Shown: positions 10,064 to 18,514 of the stretch, piece after piece | How positions within the stretch are numbered: the stretch's first letter is position 1 | Layout of the letters: each line of letters begins with the position of its first letter | NCBI GenBank assembly: GCA_964626075.1 | Contig: CAZVDD010000013.1 | Location: 31,291 to 95,290 of the forward strand | Direction of reading: 5' to 3' | Source of the DNA: an uncultured bacterium | Lineage (GTDB): Bacteria > Hydrothermota > Tepidihabitantia > Tepidihabitantales > Tepidihabitantaceae | Length of the DNA stretch: 64,000 nucleotides | The notes under the pieces: generated by a model | What the model saw: only the letters and a program-made list of their open reading frames with translations | What the model was told of the DNA's origin: nothing | Database searches by the model: none | Position numbers and translations under genes: made by a program

Positions 10064-10713
10064 GGTGTAGGTTGCGGTGAATCAGACTCCAGAGTTTCCC
10101 GTTCCGCAAGAAATGTGCCCAGTTCTTCAAGGCTGGGCAGTTCGTCCAGCGACTCCAGTCCAAAGTAGCGCAGAAACTCGCGCGTTGTTCTATAGAGAAA
10201 CGGATTTCCGGGCCGATGTGCCCGGCCCGCGGTCACAATTAAACCGCGCTCCAACAGTGTCAAGAGTGGTGCCGAACAGTCAACCCCGCGCAGTTTCTCT
10301 ATCTCTGGCTTGGTCACCGGTTGCCGATAAGCGATAATGGCAAGAACCTCAAGCGCTGCCGGCGAGAGACGCTGGACCCGCTGGTGCTGGTAAAGTTTTC
10401 TAATCCAGTCGGCGTATTCGGGCAAAGTGTAAAGTTGGTAACCATGGGCAACCCGGCTGATGCGAAACGCCCGGCCGGTGTCGGCGTATTTCTGGTTTAA
10501 TGTTGCGATTACCGTACGGATTTGTTCCTCATCGGCACCGGTTATTGACGCCAGCCGGCTTAAAGGGATTGGTTGGTCACAGGCAAATAGGAGCGCCTCA
10601 ACGATGCCGGACAGTTCGTCGGCCTGATAGTAGCCCACCGCCGCCGAACCGTTTAAATTTTGCTCTTCTGTTCTCCCGTTCTTCTGCTCTTCCTGACTGT
10701 TGTTGTTGTTCAT
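10060..10713 (-). CDS. scpB: Segregation and condensation protein B (217 aa).
   Basis: Conserved ScpB winged-helix core (..VEALLFA..P..L..., ..GLI....R.....G.P.LY.TT..FL..FGL.SL.ELP). Confidence 0.85.
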   Translation of the reverse strand: MNNNNSQEEQKNGRTEEQNLNGSAAVGYYQADELSGIVEALLFACDQPIPLSRLASITGADEEQIRTVIATLNQKYADTGRAFRISRVAHGYQLYTLPEYADWIRKLYQHQRVQRLSPAALEVLAIIAYRQPVTKPEIEKLRGVDCSAPLLTLLERGLIVTAGRAHRPGNPFLYRTTREFLRYFGLESLDELPSLEELGTFLAERETLESDSPQPTP

Positions 10714-11927
10714 CTCTTTTTAGTCAGCCGGAATCGGGTTAGCAGTGCGGTAACCGCAAGGCGCAGCTCTGCGGCGTGAATGAAGCAGGTAAGTCGTAGT
10801 GCCGAAATCGCAAACGCCTCGATGTGAATCTGTGCCCGATGTAGGGTGGCAAAGGTCTCGCCGATGATGTCCGAATCGGTACCCACACCGGGTCCAACGA
10901 GTGAAACCGCACTGAGGTTTTCATCAACCTGTAACCGCCGGGCACCCAATTTTTCAACCAGCGGTCTTAGAAGTTCAACCGCCCGTTTTTGATGTGTTCC
11001 TGGTATGTAGAACAGCAGGTCAAAACGGTCGCGATGGGTGACACCGTGATTGAACAGCAAAACCGGCACCCGGGCAGCACTTAAAATGGTCACGACCTGA
11101 TGTAGACACCTTTTCTTCTTGACAACATCAACCAGGGCAATCCTTGCTACCGCCGCTTCGTGTGTTATCGCCCGGACAAACGGTTTTTCCATCGGTGATT
11201 GTGTTTTTACCATCGTCCCTCGCTTTTTGTTGAAAGACGACCGGATGACCATCGGCACCCGGTACTTTTCGGCTAATGCGCAGGCACGAGGATGAATCAC
11301 ACCCGCTCCCGCCTGCGCCAGTTCGGTCAATTCCTCAAAACTGATTTCTGGAACCTTTTTCAAATTCGGAAACTCCCTTGGGTTCTCGGTAAAGATACCG
11401 TCAACATCTTTGTAAAGTTCGCAGCGGTCGGCTTTGAGCGCTGCGGCAAGTGCCACGGCAGTAACATCAGAACCACCTCGCCCTAAGGTTGTTATCTCGC
11501 GCTCTTCGCTCATGCCTTGAAAACCGGCAACAATTGGCACTTTTCCCCGGCGCAAAGCCTCAGTAACGCGATAAAGCCGGACCTCCTGGATGCGGGCGTC
11601 GGAGTGAAACCGGTCGGTGATGATACCCACCTGCGAGCCGGTAAAGGAAGCCGCCTCCTGTCCTTCATTAAACAGCGCCAGCGAGAGCAATGCCATCGCC
11701 TGCCGTTCACCGGTGGTTAGTAGCATATCCAGTTCCCGGGGCGGCGGTGATGGGTTAACCATCAAGGCTTGCCGATACAGGTCATCGGTTGTGTTGCCCA
11801 TCGCCGAAACAACAACCACCAGCCGGTCACCCAACTGACGCCGTTGGGCAATTTGTCTTGCTATCTGTTTCAGCTGTTTGATACTGGCAAGCGAACTACC
11901 ACCAAACTTCTGAACTATTAACGCCAT
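10710..11927 (-). CDS. lysC: Aspartate kinase (405 aa).
   Basis: N-terminus KFGGSSLAS.. and VVVVSAMG..TD amino-acid-kinase signature. C-terminal ACT-domain region. Confidence 0.9.
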   Translation of the reverse strand: MALIVQKFGGSSLASIKQLKQIARQIAQRRQLGDRLVVVVSAMGNTTDDLYRQALMVNPSPPPRELDMLLTTGERQAMALLSLALFNEGQEAASFTGSQVGIITDRFHSDARIQEVRLYRVTEALRRGKVPIVAGFQGMSEEREITTLGRGGSDVTAVALAAALKADRCELYKDVDGIFTENPREFPNLKKVPEISFEELTELAQAGAGVIHPRACALAEKYRVPMVIRSSFNKKRGTMVKTQSPMEKPFVRAITHEAAVARIALVDVVKKKRCLHQVVTILSAARVPVLLFNHGVTHRDRFDLLFYIPGTHQKRAVELLRPLVEKLGARRLQVDENLSAVSLVGPGVGTDSDIIGETFATLHRAQIHIEAFAISALRLTCFIHAAELRLAVTALLTRFRLTKKR

Positions 11928-13150
11928 ACCGCTCTTGTCTTAGCTCCGGTCATCAGTTTTGTCATTTGCGCCAGCCAGCGCCGGATACGGGCACCGGCGA
12001 CTTTAAGCCTGTTTTCCGGCGCGACCAGCGCAAACCGGACAAACCCTTCACCCTGCTTACCAAAACCAGCCCCGGGCGCGGCAACAATTCGGCATTTTTC
12101 AATTAACTGAAGGCAAAAGGCGTAGGAGCGGGAACCGCGATAAGTTTCCCGCCACCAGTCAGGCAGTTTTGCCCATACATAAAATGTACCTTGGGGTAAA
12201 GTAATATCCCAGCAGCCCTGTGCCAGTTCGGTAACAAAAACATCCCGGCGTTGCTGATACCGGCGCCGCACCGTTGCCGCGATTTTGCTCCCCCTGTTGA
12301 GGGCAAAAACCGCGGCGTCTTGCACCGCGCCAAACGGTCCGGAGTCAACATTCTCTTTTATCTTCAGCAATGCACCGAGCAGCTCTTTATTGCCCACCGC
12401 CACCCCAAGCCGCCAGCCCGGAATTGAAAATGTTTTGGAAAGCGAGTGTAACTCCAGTGCACAATTCTTGCTCTCTGGAACTTGAAGGATGGAAGGCGGC
12501 GGTTCGTTAAAATAGATTTCGGAGTAAACATTGTCATTAACGATGTAGAACCCATATTTCAATGCCAGGGCAACAAGTTCCTGATAGAAAACAAGAGGTG
12601 CAATGGCGGCCGTCGGATTGTTAGGAAAATTAAGGCAAAGCAGTTTCAGCCGGGGGGCAATTCGGCTGATGAAATCAAGGTCGGGAAGAAACCCATTCTT
12701 TTCCTCCAGGGGAACAAGCACCAGCGACGCGCCGCACAGTCGACTCTGATTGACATAAACGGGGTAACCCGGGTCGCAGACCGCAACCGTATCACCTCGG
12801 TCGCACAACGCCCAGAGCAGATGTGCCGCACCCTCTTTAGAACCCAAGAGCACCACCACCTCTTTTTCCGGTTCGAGGTTTACCCCAAACCTTCGCTGAT
12901 ACCAGCGGGCAAAGGCGCGGCGTAAGGTCAGTTTACCGGCATAAGTGGGATAACGGTGATTTTCCGAAACTTTTAACGCGCGGCCGAGTACCTTAAGTAA
13001 CGCGGGTGCGGGCTCAAGGTCCGGATTGCCTTCACCCAGGTCGATTAAACCGCCTTTTGCCCGTGCTTTAAACCTGTTCAGTTCTGAAAAGAGATAGGGG
13101 GGAAGAAGCGTTAACCTTTGCGCAAAAGGGGGCAATCGGCGCTGGCTCAT
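11918..13150 (-). CDS. dapL: Class I/II aminotransferase, LL-diaminopimelate aminotransferase-like (410 aa).
   Basis: LPPYLFSEL N-terminal motif and SKTFSIPGWRLG PLP-lysine region resemble DapL. Adjacent to aspartate kinase. Confidence 0.5.
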   Translation of the reverse strand: MSQRRLPPFAQRLTLLPPYLFSELNRFKARAKGGLIDLGEGNPDLEPAPALLKVLGRALKVSENHRYPTYAGKLTLRRAFARWYQRRFGVNLEPEKEVVVLLGSKEGAAHLLWALCDRGDTVAVCDPGYPVYVNQSRLCGASLVLVPLEEKNGFLPDLDFISRIAPRLKLLCLNFPNNPTAAIAPLVFYQELVALALKYGFYIVNDNVYSEIYFNEPPPSILQVPESKNCALELHSLSKTFSIPGWRLGVAVGNKELLGALLKIKENVDSGPFGAVQDAAVFALNRGSKIAATVRRRYQQRRDVFVTELAQGCWDITLPQGTFYVWAKLPDWWRETYRGSRSYAFCLQLIEKCRIVAAPGAGFGKQGEGFVRFALVAPENRLKVAGARIRRWLAQMTKLMTGAKTRAVWR

Positions 13151-14307
13151 CGCCGGGCTAAAAATCGCTCAATTCTTTCGAGCGCCCGCTGGATGTTCTC
13201 GATAGAGTTGGCGTAACTGAACCGCAGAAACCCATCGCCAAACTTGCCAAAGCAGGTGCCCGCAAGACACGCTACCCCCTCCTCTTCGAGCAGTCTATCC
13301 GCGAGAACCTTACAGTCAATTCCGGTGCCTTCGATATTGGGAAAGACATAAAAAGCGCCCTGCGGTTTAATACAACGAAAACCCGGAAGCCGGTTCAAGC
13401 CCTCGACAATAAGGTCCCGCCGCCGCTTAAACTCCGCCACCATTTGGTCAACAGGTTCACGGGGACCGTTAAGCGCCGCCAAACAGGCACGTTGAATAAA
13501 TGTCGCTGTGCAGGAGTTGATGTTGGTCTCAATCCGCGCCATCTTTTCTGCCAGTTCCGCCGGCATTATACCATAACCGATGCGCCAGCCGGTCATCGCA
13601 AAGGTCTTGGAAAAACCATCGAGAATAATCAAACGGCGTCCCGCCTCGGGAAACTGAGCAATCGACTCAAATTGTCCGTCATAGACAATCTCCGAGTAGA
13701 TTTCGTCGGCGAGAATCCAGACATTGTGTCTTATCGCAACTTCGGCAATCAAGCGCAAATCTTCCCGGGTTAACACTCCACCGGTCGGGTTTGCCGGCGA
13801 GTTGATAATAATCATCTTCGTTCGGGAATTGACCAATGACACCAACTCTTCAACATCCAGCCGAAAACCCCGTTCTTCCCGGAGCCGGATCGGTACCGGT
13901 CTTCCGCCCATATAGTCAATCATTGATTCATAGATAGGAAAACCGGGATTGGGATAAATCACTTCATCCCCGGTCTCAACCAGTGCCATAATCGCAAATG
14001 ACATTACCGGTTTTCCGCCAGGCGTGATTACAACCTGCTCCGGGAAAAACTTCGTTCCCCGCAACCGCCCCGCATATTTCGCAATTGCATCCCGAAGCTC
14101 GCCTAAACCCGCCGAAGGGCAGTAATGGGTCCAGCCCTCATCCAGCGCCTGTTTTGCCGCTTCAACAATGTGTTTGGGTGTCGGGAAGTCAGGTTCGCCA
14201 ATCTCCAGATGAATCACCGCCATTTTGCATTCCAGCTCCTTTGCCCGACACAGACAGTCAAAAGCGGTCTCGGTTCCCAGCCGACTCATCCGCTCTGCCA
14301 GTCTCAT
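13147..14307 (-). CDS. Class I aminotransferase, aspartate aminotransferase-like (386 aa).
   Basis: IHLEIGEPDFPTP and SKTFAMTGWRIGY class-I aminotransferase motifs. Confidence 0.75.
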   Translation of the reverse strand: MRLAERMSRLGTETAFDCLCRAKELECKMAVIHLEIGEPDFPTPKHIVEAAKQALDEGWTHYCPSAGLGELRDAIAKYAGRLRGTKFFPEQVVITPGGKPVMSFAIMALVETGDEVIYPNPGFPIYESMIDYMGGRPVPIRLREERGFRLDVEELVSLVNSRTKMIIINSPANPTGGVLTREDLRLIAEVAIRHNVWILADEIYSEIVYDGQFESIAQFPEAGRRLIILDGFSKTFAMTGWRIGYGIMPAELAEKMARIETNINSCTATFIQRACLAALNGPREPVDQMVAEFKRRRDLIVEGLNRLPGFRCIKPQGAFYVFPNIEGTGIDCKVLADRLLEEEGVACLAGTCFGKFGDGFLRFSYANSIENIQRALERIERFLARR

Positions 14308-16424
14308 TTCTTACCCCCGGGCTTCCGTCTGCTCGCTGCCTTCCGCTTTGGGGTTGGGGTAGAAACCTTGACGCCTCCATCTTTCCCTTTTGCCCTATCA
14401 TACAGCTCCTTTGCCTTGGCGGCGATGTGCTCAGCCGAAACCTCAAACTCCCACATCAACTCCCAGGGCTGGCCTGACTCTCCAAACCGGTCTTTAACAC
14501 CAACCGAACCGAACGCCAGGGGACGACCGTAGAGTTCCGGAGCGGTGTGCAGGACATAAGAAACCCGGTGCGCCAGACCACCAATCTGATGCTCCTCTGC
14601 GGTCAAAACCACACCGGTCTCCAGTGCCGCCTGAATCAAAAACTTTTGATTGGGAATCGTCTCATTCGGATGGGTGCTGGGCGACTTTAAGGTGTGTAAA
14701 TTGATAACCCGGGTTTCAATTCCGAACTCCTCTTTCAAAATCCACGCCGCCCGCAACGCCTCCGGTACCATTGGTCCGCACGCCACAATCGTCAAATGCT
14801 CGCCTTCGTTCTCGTAACTGTCCAAAGTCTTGACCTCAAACGCATCAAGAAATCTGTCCTTCTCCCCCCGGTATCGATAAACATTAGGCATCCCCCAGAT
14901 AAAAGGCGTATCCGGTGTGGTAACAACCGGTGTTGCCTCGCGCGCAAACCGAATATACTTTGGTCCCTGAATACTTAAAAGCAAATGTTCGGTTGCCTTT
15001 TTGGTTTCAAGCGCATCGGCGGGTACTGACACATGCATATTGGGTAACCCACATATCTGGAACAAATCTTCCAGTGCCTGATGTGTCGCACCATCAGGAC
15101 CAACCGAAACCCCACCGTGCGCGCCGGCAATCAAAACATTGAAATTACCATAGCAAACGGTCGTACGCAACTGGTCAAGATTTCGCCCCGCAGCAAAAAC
15201 GCCGTATGTCCCGAAAACCGGCAGTTTCCCTTCCTTTGCCAGCCCTGCCGCCACATTCGTGCCCGACTGCTCGGCAATCCCAACCGAAATCCACCGTTCC
15301 ATTCGCTCTGGATACTTCTCATAAAACTTTGAAATAGCGATTGACCCCGAGATGTCGGCACCAATACAGCATACCCTTTTATCGTCACCCAGTGCTTCCA
15401 GCGCCTCGCCGAACCCGAAACGCGTTGCCTTCATTTCCACCTTCATTTTCTCCTGCTGATTCCAGAAGTAGTCCCGGGAAAACTTTGGCACCTTTGCAGT
15501 CAACTTGGCGGTCGCCTCAGCCTGATATTCCGCAGCCCTTTTCAGCAGTTCCTCGTAATCAATCCGGTAATGAAGACCAAGCTCTTCCAATCCCTTAACC
15601 ATCTCCGCCTTGTTCGGGGCTTTTCCATGCCAGCCGGCGACATTCTCCATAAACGAAACGCCTTTACCCTTGGTCGTGTGGCAGATAATCACCGTCGGCT
15701 GCCCTTTGTGCTTTGCCGCTTTATCAAATGCCGCCAGAATCTGGTGCATGTTGTGGCCATCGATCTCAATCACATTCCAACCAAACGACCGGTACTTTTC
15801 GGCAATCGGGTCAATCGGCATTACATCCTTTACCCAACCGTCAATCTGCAGCCGATTCTTATCCAGAATACAACAAAGGTTATCCAGTTTATACGCACCG
15901 GCTTCCATTATCGCTTCCCAGATCTGTCCCTCCTGATGCTCACCATCACCGGTGATACAGTAAACCCGATAATCCTTCTTATCCAACCGGGCAGCAAGAC
16001 AAATCCCCACCGCCACCGAAAGCCCCTGCCCCAGCGAACCAGAAGAAATCTCAACCCCGGGCAGTTTGAGCCAGTGCGGATGGCCCTGATAAGGAGCGTA
16101 CAGCTTCCTCAACCGCACCACATCCTCAACTGGAAAATAGCCCGCCATTGCCAGTCCTAAGTAAAGCGCCGGCGCCTTATGCCCGGCGGACCAGATAATA
16201 CGGTCCCGGTTTTCCCAGTAAGGATTTTCCGGGTCGTGCCGGGCAACATGAAGATACAGTGCCGCAGTGACATCCATAATAGAAAGCGTCCCGCCTGAAT
16301 GACCCGAACCCGCAGCACAAAGGGCAATAAGGTTATAACCGCGCATTGTATTCGCCGCCTGAATCAACTCCGCCACAGAGTAACTCTTCCGCACCGCATT
16401 GCTCTTTGAGTCAACTATCGGCAT
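14304..16424 (-). CDS. tkt: Transketolase (706 aa). N- and C-terminal split-type subunits fused by a helical linker, plus a ~35 aa lysine-rich C-terminal tail.
   Basis: N-terminal TPP-binding motifs (GHSGG, GDGE..EG). A C-terminal pyrimidine-binding/transketolase C domain follows a KAEMVKGLEELG linker. Tail KDGGVKVSTPTPKRKAASRRKPGGKK. Stop TGA overlaps the aspC-like ATG (ATGA). Confidence 0.88.
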   Translation of the reverse strand: MPIVDSKSNAVRKSYSVAELIQAANTMRGYNLIALCAAGSGHSGGTLSIMDVTAALYLHVARHDPENPYWENRDRIIWSAGHKAPALYLGLAMAGYFPVEDVVRLRKLYAPYQGHPHWLKLPGVEISSGSLGQGLSVAVGICLAARLDKKDYRVYCITGDGEHQEGQIWEAIMEAGAYKLDNLCCILDKNRLQIDGWVKDVMPIDPIAEKYRSFGWNVIEIDGHNMHQILAAFDKAAKHKGQPTVIICHTTKGKGVSFMENVAGWHGKAPNKAEMVKGLEELGLHYRIDYEELLKRAAEYQAEATAKLTAKVPKFSRDYFWNQQEKMKVEMKATRFGFGEALEALGDDKRVCCIGADISGSIAISKFYEKYPERMERWISVGIAEQSGTNVAAGLAKEGKLPVFGTYGVFAAGRNLDQLRTTVCYGNFNVLIAGAHGGVSVGPDGATHQALEDLFQICGLPNMHVSVPADALETKKATEHLLLSIQGPKYIRFAREATPVVTTPDTPFIWGMPNVYRYRGEKDRFLDAFEVKTLDSYENEGEHLTIVACGPMVPEALRAAWILKEEFGIETRVINLHTLKSPSTHPNETIPNQKFLIQAALETGVVLTAEEHQIGGLAHRVSYVLHTAPELYGRPLAFGSVGVKDRFGESGQPWELMWEFEVSAEHIAAKAKELYDRAKGKDGGVKVSTPTPKRKAASRRKPGGKK

Positions 16425-16432
16425 AAACTCTC

Positions 16433-17083
16433 CTATCCTTTTGGTATCCCCTGATAATCCTCGTAGAACTTTTTAATCCCAGCATCAGTCAGAGGATGCC
16501 TAACCATCTTCAAAAGCACATCATAAGGGACCGTTGCTATATGCGCGCCTGCCCGCATCGACTCAACCACATGCAAAGGATGCCTGATACTTGCGGCAAT
16601 CACCTGGGTCGAAAAGTCGTAGTAATCAATCATTGCTGCAATATCCCGAACCAGTTCCATTCCTTCGTGCGAGATGTCGTCCAGTCGTCCTACAAACGGC
16701 GAAACAAAAGTTGCCCCGGCGCGGCACGCTAAAAGCGCCTGATTCGGTGAAAATATCAAAGTGACATTTGTCATTATACCTTTACGCGTTAGCCGGTAAA
16801 CCGCCTGCAACCCCTCGATTCCCATAGGAACTTTCACCGTAACCTTCTTCGGGTCCAACTTTGCCCACTCCTCACCCTCCTTTACCATACCATCCGCATC
16901 TGGTGATATCGCCTCAACCGACACCGGGCCATCCACGACCCTCAGAATCTCTTCCACACATTCCCTAAAAGACTTACCGGTCTTTTTCACCAGTGTTGGA
17001 TTGGTTGTTACTCCATCAATGATGCCCCAGCTGGCAACATCCTTAATCTCCTTGATATCTGCGGAATCAATAAATATCTTCAT
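16433..17083 (-). CDS. tal: Transaldolase / fructose-6-phosphate aldolase family protein (216 aa, short Tal type).
   Basis: [20 protein letters not shown] motif. Start reassigned to the ATG at 17083, preceded by GGAGGAT Shine-Dalgarno (cctcc at 17093-17097). The ORF track's 287 aa extension has no support. Confidence 0.85.
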   Translation of the reverse strand: MKIFIDSADIKEIKDVASWGIIDGVTTNPTLVKKTGKSFRECVEEILRVVDGPVSVEAISPDADGMVKEGEEWAKLDPKKVTVKVPMGIEGLQAVYRLTRKGIMTNVTLIFSPNQALLACRAGATFVSPFVGRLDDISHEGMELVRDIAAMIDYYDFSTQVIAASIRHPLHVVESMRAGAHIATVPYDVLLKMVRHPLTDAGIKKFYEDYQGIPKG

Positions 17084-17135
17084 AATGGTTATCCTCCGTT
17101 GACTGAAAATGGAAAGACTCTCGCCAAGGAATTTC

Positions 17136-17163
17136 AGTATAACAACAAAAACCAAAAAGGCAA
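17136..17163 (-). promoter_or_regulatory. Candidate promoter of the tal-tkt-...-DUF4416 operon (minus strand: TTGCCT, 16 nt, TATACT).
   Basis: Hexamers read on the reverse complement. Lies ~55 nt upstream of the tal ATG, which has a Shine-Dalgarno. Confidence 0.35.
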
Positions 17164-17178
17164 GTATTACTACTGGGC

Positions 17179-17760
17179 TTACCTGGTAATGCCGGCACCG
17201 TTGCGGAGCAGGTTGAGAGAGTTGCCCGCTTGTAGTACTGAGCGTACTTCCCCAACCTGCTCCGCTGCCCTGCTCATTAACCTTTCCACCCCGCAACTTA
17301 ACAGTGACGGCGTGTTGAGAACTTTATCCGTCAGCGCCAGGACACGCACCGCGGCACTGGAACGGCTAAGCACGCGCACACTGGGCGGAAACAAAACGAG
17401 GGTAAAGGAAAGACCGAGCCATACCACCGCCAGGCCCTTTGTCAATCCGAAAATACCACCAAGGAAGGTGTCGAGATACTCAAGGCGGCTCCAGTCCAGC
17501 AGTTTTAAAAGCGCCCGTCGGACAAAACGAAGACCCAGTCCGGTGGCAGCAATAAGAATAACGAAGGCTAAAAAAACGGATGCGGGATAGTTGTGCAGAA
17601 ATCGGTCGAACACGGGGGAGACGACCGTTTGATTTCTCAGGCCTATGACAAGTCCAAGCGAAGGGAAAAGTAACGAGCAGAACCTCCTTATCAGGCCGGA
17701 ATAGTAACCACTAATCATAAAACCAAGGACAAATAGAACAATAATCACATCCACCGCCAT
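17179..17760 (-). CDS. cvpA: CvpA family membrane protein (193 aa).
   Basis: Four predicted TM helices. N-terminus [26 protein letters not shown] resembles CvpA. Confidence 0.55.
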   Translation of the reverse strand: MAVDVIIVLFVLGFMISGYYSGLIRRFCSLLFPSLGLVIGLRNQTVVSPVFDRFLHNYPASVFLAFVILIAATGLGLRFVRRALLKLLDWSRLEYLDTFLGGIFGLTKGLAVVWLGLSFTLVLFPPSVRVLSRSSAAVRVLALTDKVLNTPSLLSCGVERLMSRAAEQVGEVRSVLQAGNSLNLLRNGAGITR

Positions 17761-18094
17761 ATCACACCACTCACTTGAAACTGTGCATTACTTGTGCCAC
17801 CAATTTTACGGTACGTACAGGGCTTAACTTTTTTCTAACATACTTAAAATCAGGCGGTAACAATAATTCAAACTTTGTAATATCAAAATGCCCGCCTGTT
17901 GCACCCCATCCATCACTGTGCCTGTATCATATTCAAACACAACAACATGTCCATCGTGACCGAATTATTTTTAACTGTCGCACCCGTTTCGCAGCAGGAA
18001 TCGTTACCAACCACTTATCTGTTATTGTCAACAAAAGGAACTTAAGGACAAAGCAATTCCCTGTGACCCTAGCTCATAATGCGCTCTCGGTCTA

Positions 18095-18514
18095 TCAAAA
18101 TGACAATAGTTTTAATCCGGTCTCCGGTTCAAGTTGTCGGCTAAGTTTCTTATCACCCGGAAAGATGGAGATCTCACAGGTAACACCTACCCGACCGGCA
18201 AACAGATGGCCCCCATAGGTTGTCATCTGTCTATCGCTAAGAACGATATGACAGTGACAAACCGGCTGTTTTCCATCCCAGGCGACATTACCCAGAAGGG
18301 ATACTATCTCAAACTCGCCTTTTAGCTGACGCCGGCGGTAACTCTTTTTACTGATATTATAGTAACCCAATTCAAAGTCGTATCCAGCACCGAGTCCACT
18401 GATAACCCCGGATTTAATCTTAACCCGCCGGGCAAACTCCACAAGAGTCGTCAATATCTCTTCTCCTTGCAAAAGTCTTAACTGATAGAACTGACTATTT
18501 TTAATCCATTTCAT
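18095..18514 (-). CDS. PPC (DUF296) domain protein (~139 aa).
   Basis: CHCHIVLS..GGHL..G.V..T.EI motif typical of the PPC/DUF296 fold. Start taken at MKWIKN (18514). The upstream K/R-rich residues in the ORF track are the alternate frame of the topA tail. Confidence 0.6.
   Translation of the reverse strand: MKWIKNSQFYQLRLLQGEEILTTLVEFARRVKIKSGVISGLGAGYDFELGYYNISKKSYRRRQLKGEFEIVSLLGNVAWDGKQPVCHCHIVLSDRQMTTYGGHLFAGRVGVTCEISIFPGDKKLSRQLEPETGLKLLSF

Noticed and set aside
16433-17296. N-terminal extensions proposed by the ORF track for tal (to 17296), Tal2 (to 40445), the ABC ATPase (to 32806), batD (to 44472), PPC (to 18598), the SagB-like gene (from 57937), ruvB (from 61400) and marC (from 50138).
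   Set aside because: The extensions are R-rich or non-hydrophobic junk, overlap upstream genes and lack signals. Internal ATGs have Shine-Dalgarno or leaderless promoters at the right distance and give canonical protein N-termini.
17846-17893. Possible dif/Xer site in the AT-rich loop.
   Set aside because: No 11-6-11 XerC/XerD arm palindrome resembling known dif consensus sequences.
17775-18218. 147 aa ORF across the AT-rich intergenic region.
   Set aside because: Low-complexity, stop-poor AT-rich sequence. It overlaps the well-supported PPC gene on the opposite strand and has no start signals.
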